A stretch of 64,000 nucleotides of DNA from Microcoleaceae cyanobacterium. Its GTDB lineage: Bacteria; Cyanobacteriota; Cyanobacteriia; Cyanobacteriales; Microcoleaceae. The translations under genes were made by a program, and so were the position numbers. Below the pieces are notes generated by a model that did no database searches, was not told the origin of the DNA, and saw nothing but the letters and a program-made list of their open reading frames with translations. The number at the start of each line of letters is the position of its first letter. Position 1 is the first letter of the stretch. The DNA lies in NCBI GenBank assembly GCA_051652765.1, contig JBOFUV010000101.1, forward strand, positions 1 through 64,000, written 5' to 3'. Below, piece by piece: positions 62,255-64,000 of this stretch.

Positions 62255-62746
62255 ATGAGTTCTATTCTTCTTCCTATTCCTTTGTCTCAGCCTCAAACAG
62301 AGGATCGTTTTGCCGTTAGCCTTGCTCCGCTTCTGGTTAATGAGGTGTATCGTTTGGCTGATACCGCTGCGAACGGAGCCGTTGTCCTGATGAGCGGTAT
62401 GGTGCGAGAGCAAACTGAAGGCAAATCGGTTGAAGCCTTGGAATATCAAGCCTATCAACCGATGGCTCTAAAAGTTTTTGAACAGATTGCAGCCGAGATT
62501 CACCAGCAATGGTCAGGGGTAACTCGGGTTGTGATTCATCATCGGGTTGGACGCTTGCGAGTGGGAGAGATTAGTGTGTTGGTGGCGGTGGGTTGTCCTC
62601 ACCGCAAAGAAGCCTTTGAAGCCTGTCAATATGGGATTGATACCTTAAAACATCAGGCTCCAATCTGGAAAAAAGAGCATTGGGCCGATGGTTCCAGTCG
62701 TTGGGTGAGTATTGGCGCTTGTGAGCAGTTTGAAGCAAGTTGCTAA
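62255..62746 (+). CDS. moaE: Molybdopterin synthase catalytic subunit
   Basis: GAVVLMSGMVR, LEYQAY.PMA, HRVG.L, HRKEAF, PIWKKE. Confidence 0.93.
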   Translation: MSSILLPIPLSQPQTEDRFAVSLAPLLVNEVYRLADTAANGAVVLMSGMVREQTEGKSVEALEYQAYQPMALKVFEQIAAEIHQQWSGVTRVVIHHRVGRLRVGEISVLVAVGCPHRKEAFEACQYGIDTLKHQAPIWKKEHWADGSSRWVSIGACEQFEASC

Positions 62747-62753
62747 ACCTCCC

Positions 62754-63890
62754 TCAATCCTTCTCTAGAACCAATGTTGCATTGTTATCAATCTTTTGCT
62801 GGGCGCTGAACCCTTGAAAGTAATCCTGGACGTTTGGAGGGAGATCCGGAAAGTCAAACTCAGCATCTCCTGCGGCAATATCTGCCCAGAAGTTGCTTAA
62901 ACTGGGTGCTAACTTTTCCGCCTGTGCAATCGACAAACTCAAGGGCGGAGTCGTGAGTAACTTGACCATAAATGGAAAAGAGCGATCGCCCATCCACTGA
63001 CGGGACATGTCTGGCAAATTTGGCCAATTGGGAACTGCCTTCACATGATGGGACTCTATCTCTAACCTAATGCTGCCATCGTCTTCTGTCCTGAGATTCA
63101 CAATCCGGTAAGGATGAGGATAACTCACTAAAGACCCTGTTGTGATGTCATAAATGCCTTGCCATTGAGCAATATCTTGAACATGCAAGTGACCCGTAAA
63201 AATGAGTTTTACGTTTGCAACTTGCAAAATTTTCAGCAGATCAGGGGCATTTTGCAACATGTAGCGTTTTCCAAGAGGGTTAGTGGCTTGCCCAGGAAGA
63301 TGTTCAACAACATTATGGTGAATCATCACCATCACCAACTCCCCATTCACTCTAGCCAAAACCTGTTGCAACCAAGCCAACTGTTCTGCATCTAAACGCC
63401 CGATTTGTTGGCCCGTTTGATCAAACAGATTAGAGTTCAGACCAATCAATCTTAGACCGGGCAAGACTTCATGGGTGTAACAGGCTTGGTTAGGATTGTC
63501 GTAGCCAAACTTTTGGTAATTGCTGGGAAATTCTGCCAAACCCAGGGTCTGATCTTGAGTAGTGGGATATAGAACATCGTGGTTTCCAGGGACAACGTAA
63601 ACCGGATAGGGCAGTTGAGCCAGACGGTTTACGAGCCAAGTATGATTTTCGACCTCCCCATCTTGGGTCAAGTCCCCTGGCAAGAGCAAGAAATCCAAAT
63701 CCAGTTGTCCCAAATGTTCGAGCACTAACTCCAGGGCTGGAATACTCACTTCAACGAGATGAAACCGCTGAGCAGAGTTCCGAATAGTATGAGGCAGGGC
63801 AATGTGTAAATCACTGGCGATCGCAAATCGACACTTTAAGTTCATAGGATTTAAGTTCATAGGGTTTAAGTTCATAGGATTTAAGTTCAT
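62754..63890 (-). CDS. Metallophosphoesterase (calcineurin-like)
   Basis: SDLH, PGDLT, PGNHD, HH, TGHLH; four alternative ATGs created by a tandem repeat. Confidence 0.92.
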   Translation of the reverse strand: MNLNPMNLNPMNLNPMNLKCRFAIASDLHIALPHTIRNSAQRFHLVEVSIPALELVLEHLGQLDLDFLLLPGDLTQDGEVENHTWLVNRLAQLPYPVYVVPGNHDVLYPTTQDQTLGLAEFPSNYQKFGYDNPNQACYTHEVLPGLRLIGLNSNLFDQTGQQIGRLDAEQLAWLQQVLARVNGELVMVMIHHNVVEHLPGQATNPLGKRYMLQNAPDLLKILQVANVKLIFTGHLHVQDIAQWQGIYDITTGSLVSYPHPYRIVNLRTEDDGSIRLEIESHHVKAVPNWPNLPDMSRQWMGDRSFPFMVKLLTTPPLSLSIAQAEKLAPSLSNFWADIAAGDAEFDFPDLPPNVQDYFQGFSAQQKIDNNATLVLEKD

Positions 63891-63901
63891 AGGATTTAAG
63901 T
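63836..63901. repeat. 15-bp tandem repeat x4+ spanning the start codon (MNLNP)n
   Basis: TTTAAGTTCATAGG(A/G) repeated. Confidence 0.92.
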
Positions 63902-64000
63902 CCAGTTGTCCCCAATCCTTAAGATAATCTAAAACTCTTGAGGATAGCCCAGGAAAGGTTAGGTTAAACTAGAAATGGAACCTCATTACAACATATCTAT

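Overview
Chromosomal segment of a beta-cyanobacterium: HIP1 octamer GCGATCGC roughly every 1-1.5 kb by eye, and a beta-carboxysome ccmK2-K1-L-M-N operon. Most of the window is housekeeping: Mn-type ABC transporter with a duplicated ManR-like box, tRNA-Leu(CAG), trmH-like, rodZ, pseudouridine synthase, obgE, rnd, trpB, hisG, ubiE/menG, ssb, mreBCD, tilS, rplI, purM, rlpA, panC-cmk and moaE. Unusual parts: (1) a non-coding array of at least 17 units with 22-bp period and a near-invariant TTGATC core at the left edge (truncated by the window). (2) A ~12.5-kb glycan methylation/sulfation/TPR locus with a ~9.4-kb HIP1-free core, in which two unrelated enzymes end in the same ~30-aa peptide conserved at protein but not codon level. 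(3) A serine-recombinase homolog lacking the catalytic motifs, next to a probable IS200/IS605 right-end relic. (4) A pair of hybrid kinases whose receivers both carry Asp->Ala, one also missing its H-box. (5) A nested MITE/small-repeat element, several candidate structured RNAs, and frequent 12-15-bp tandem duplications at start/stop codons. All calls come from reading the sequence and recalled family motifs; no database search was run.
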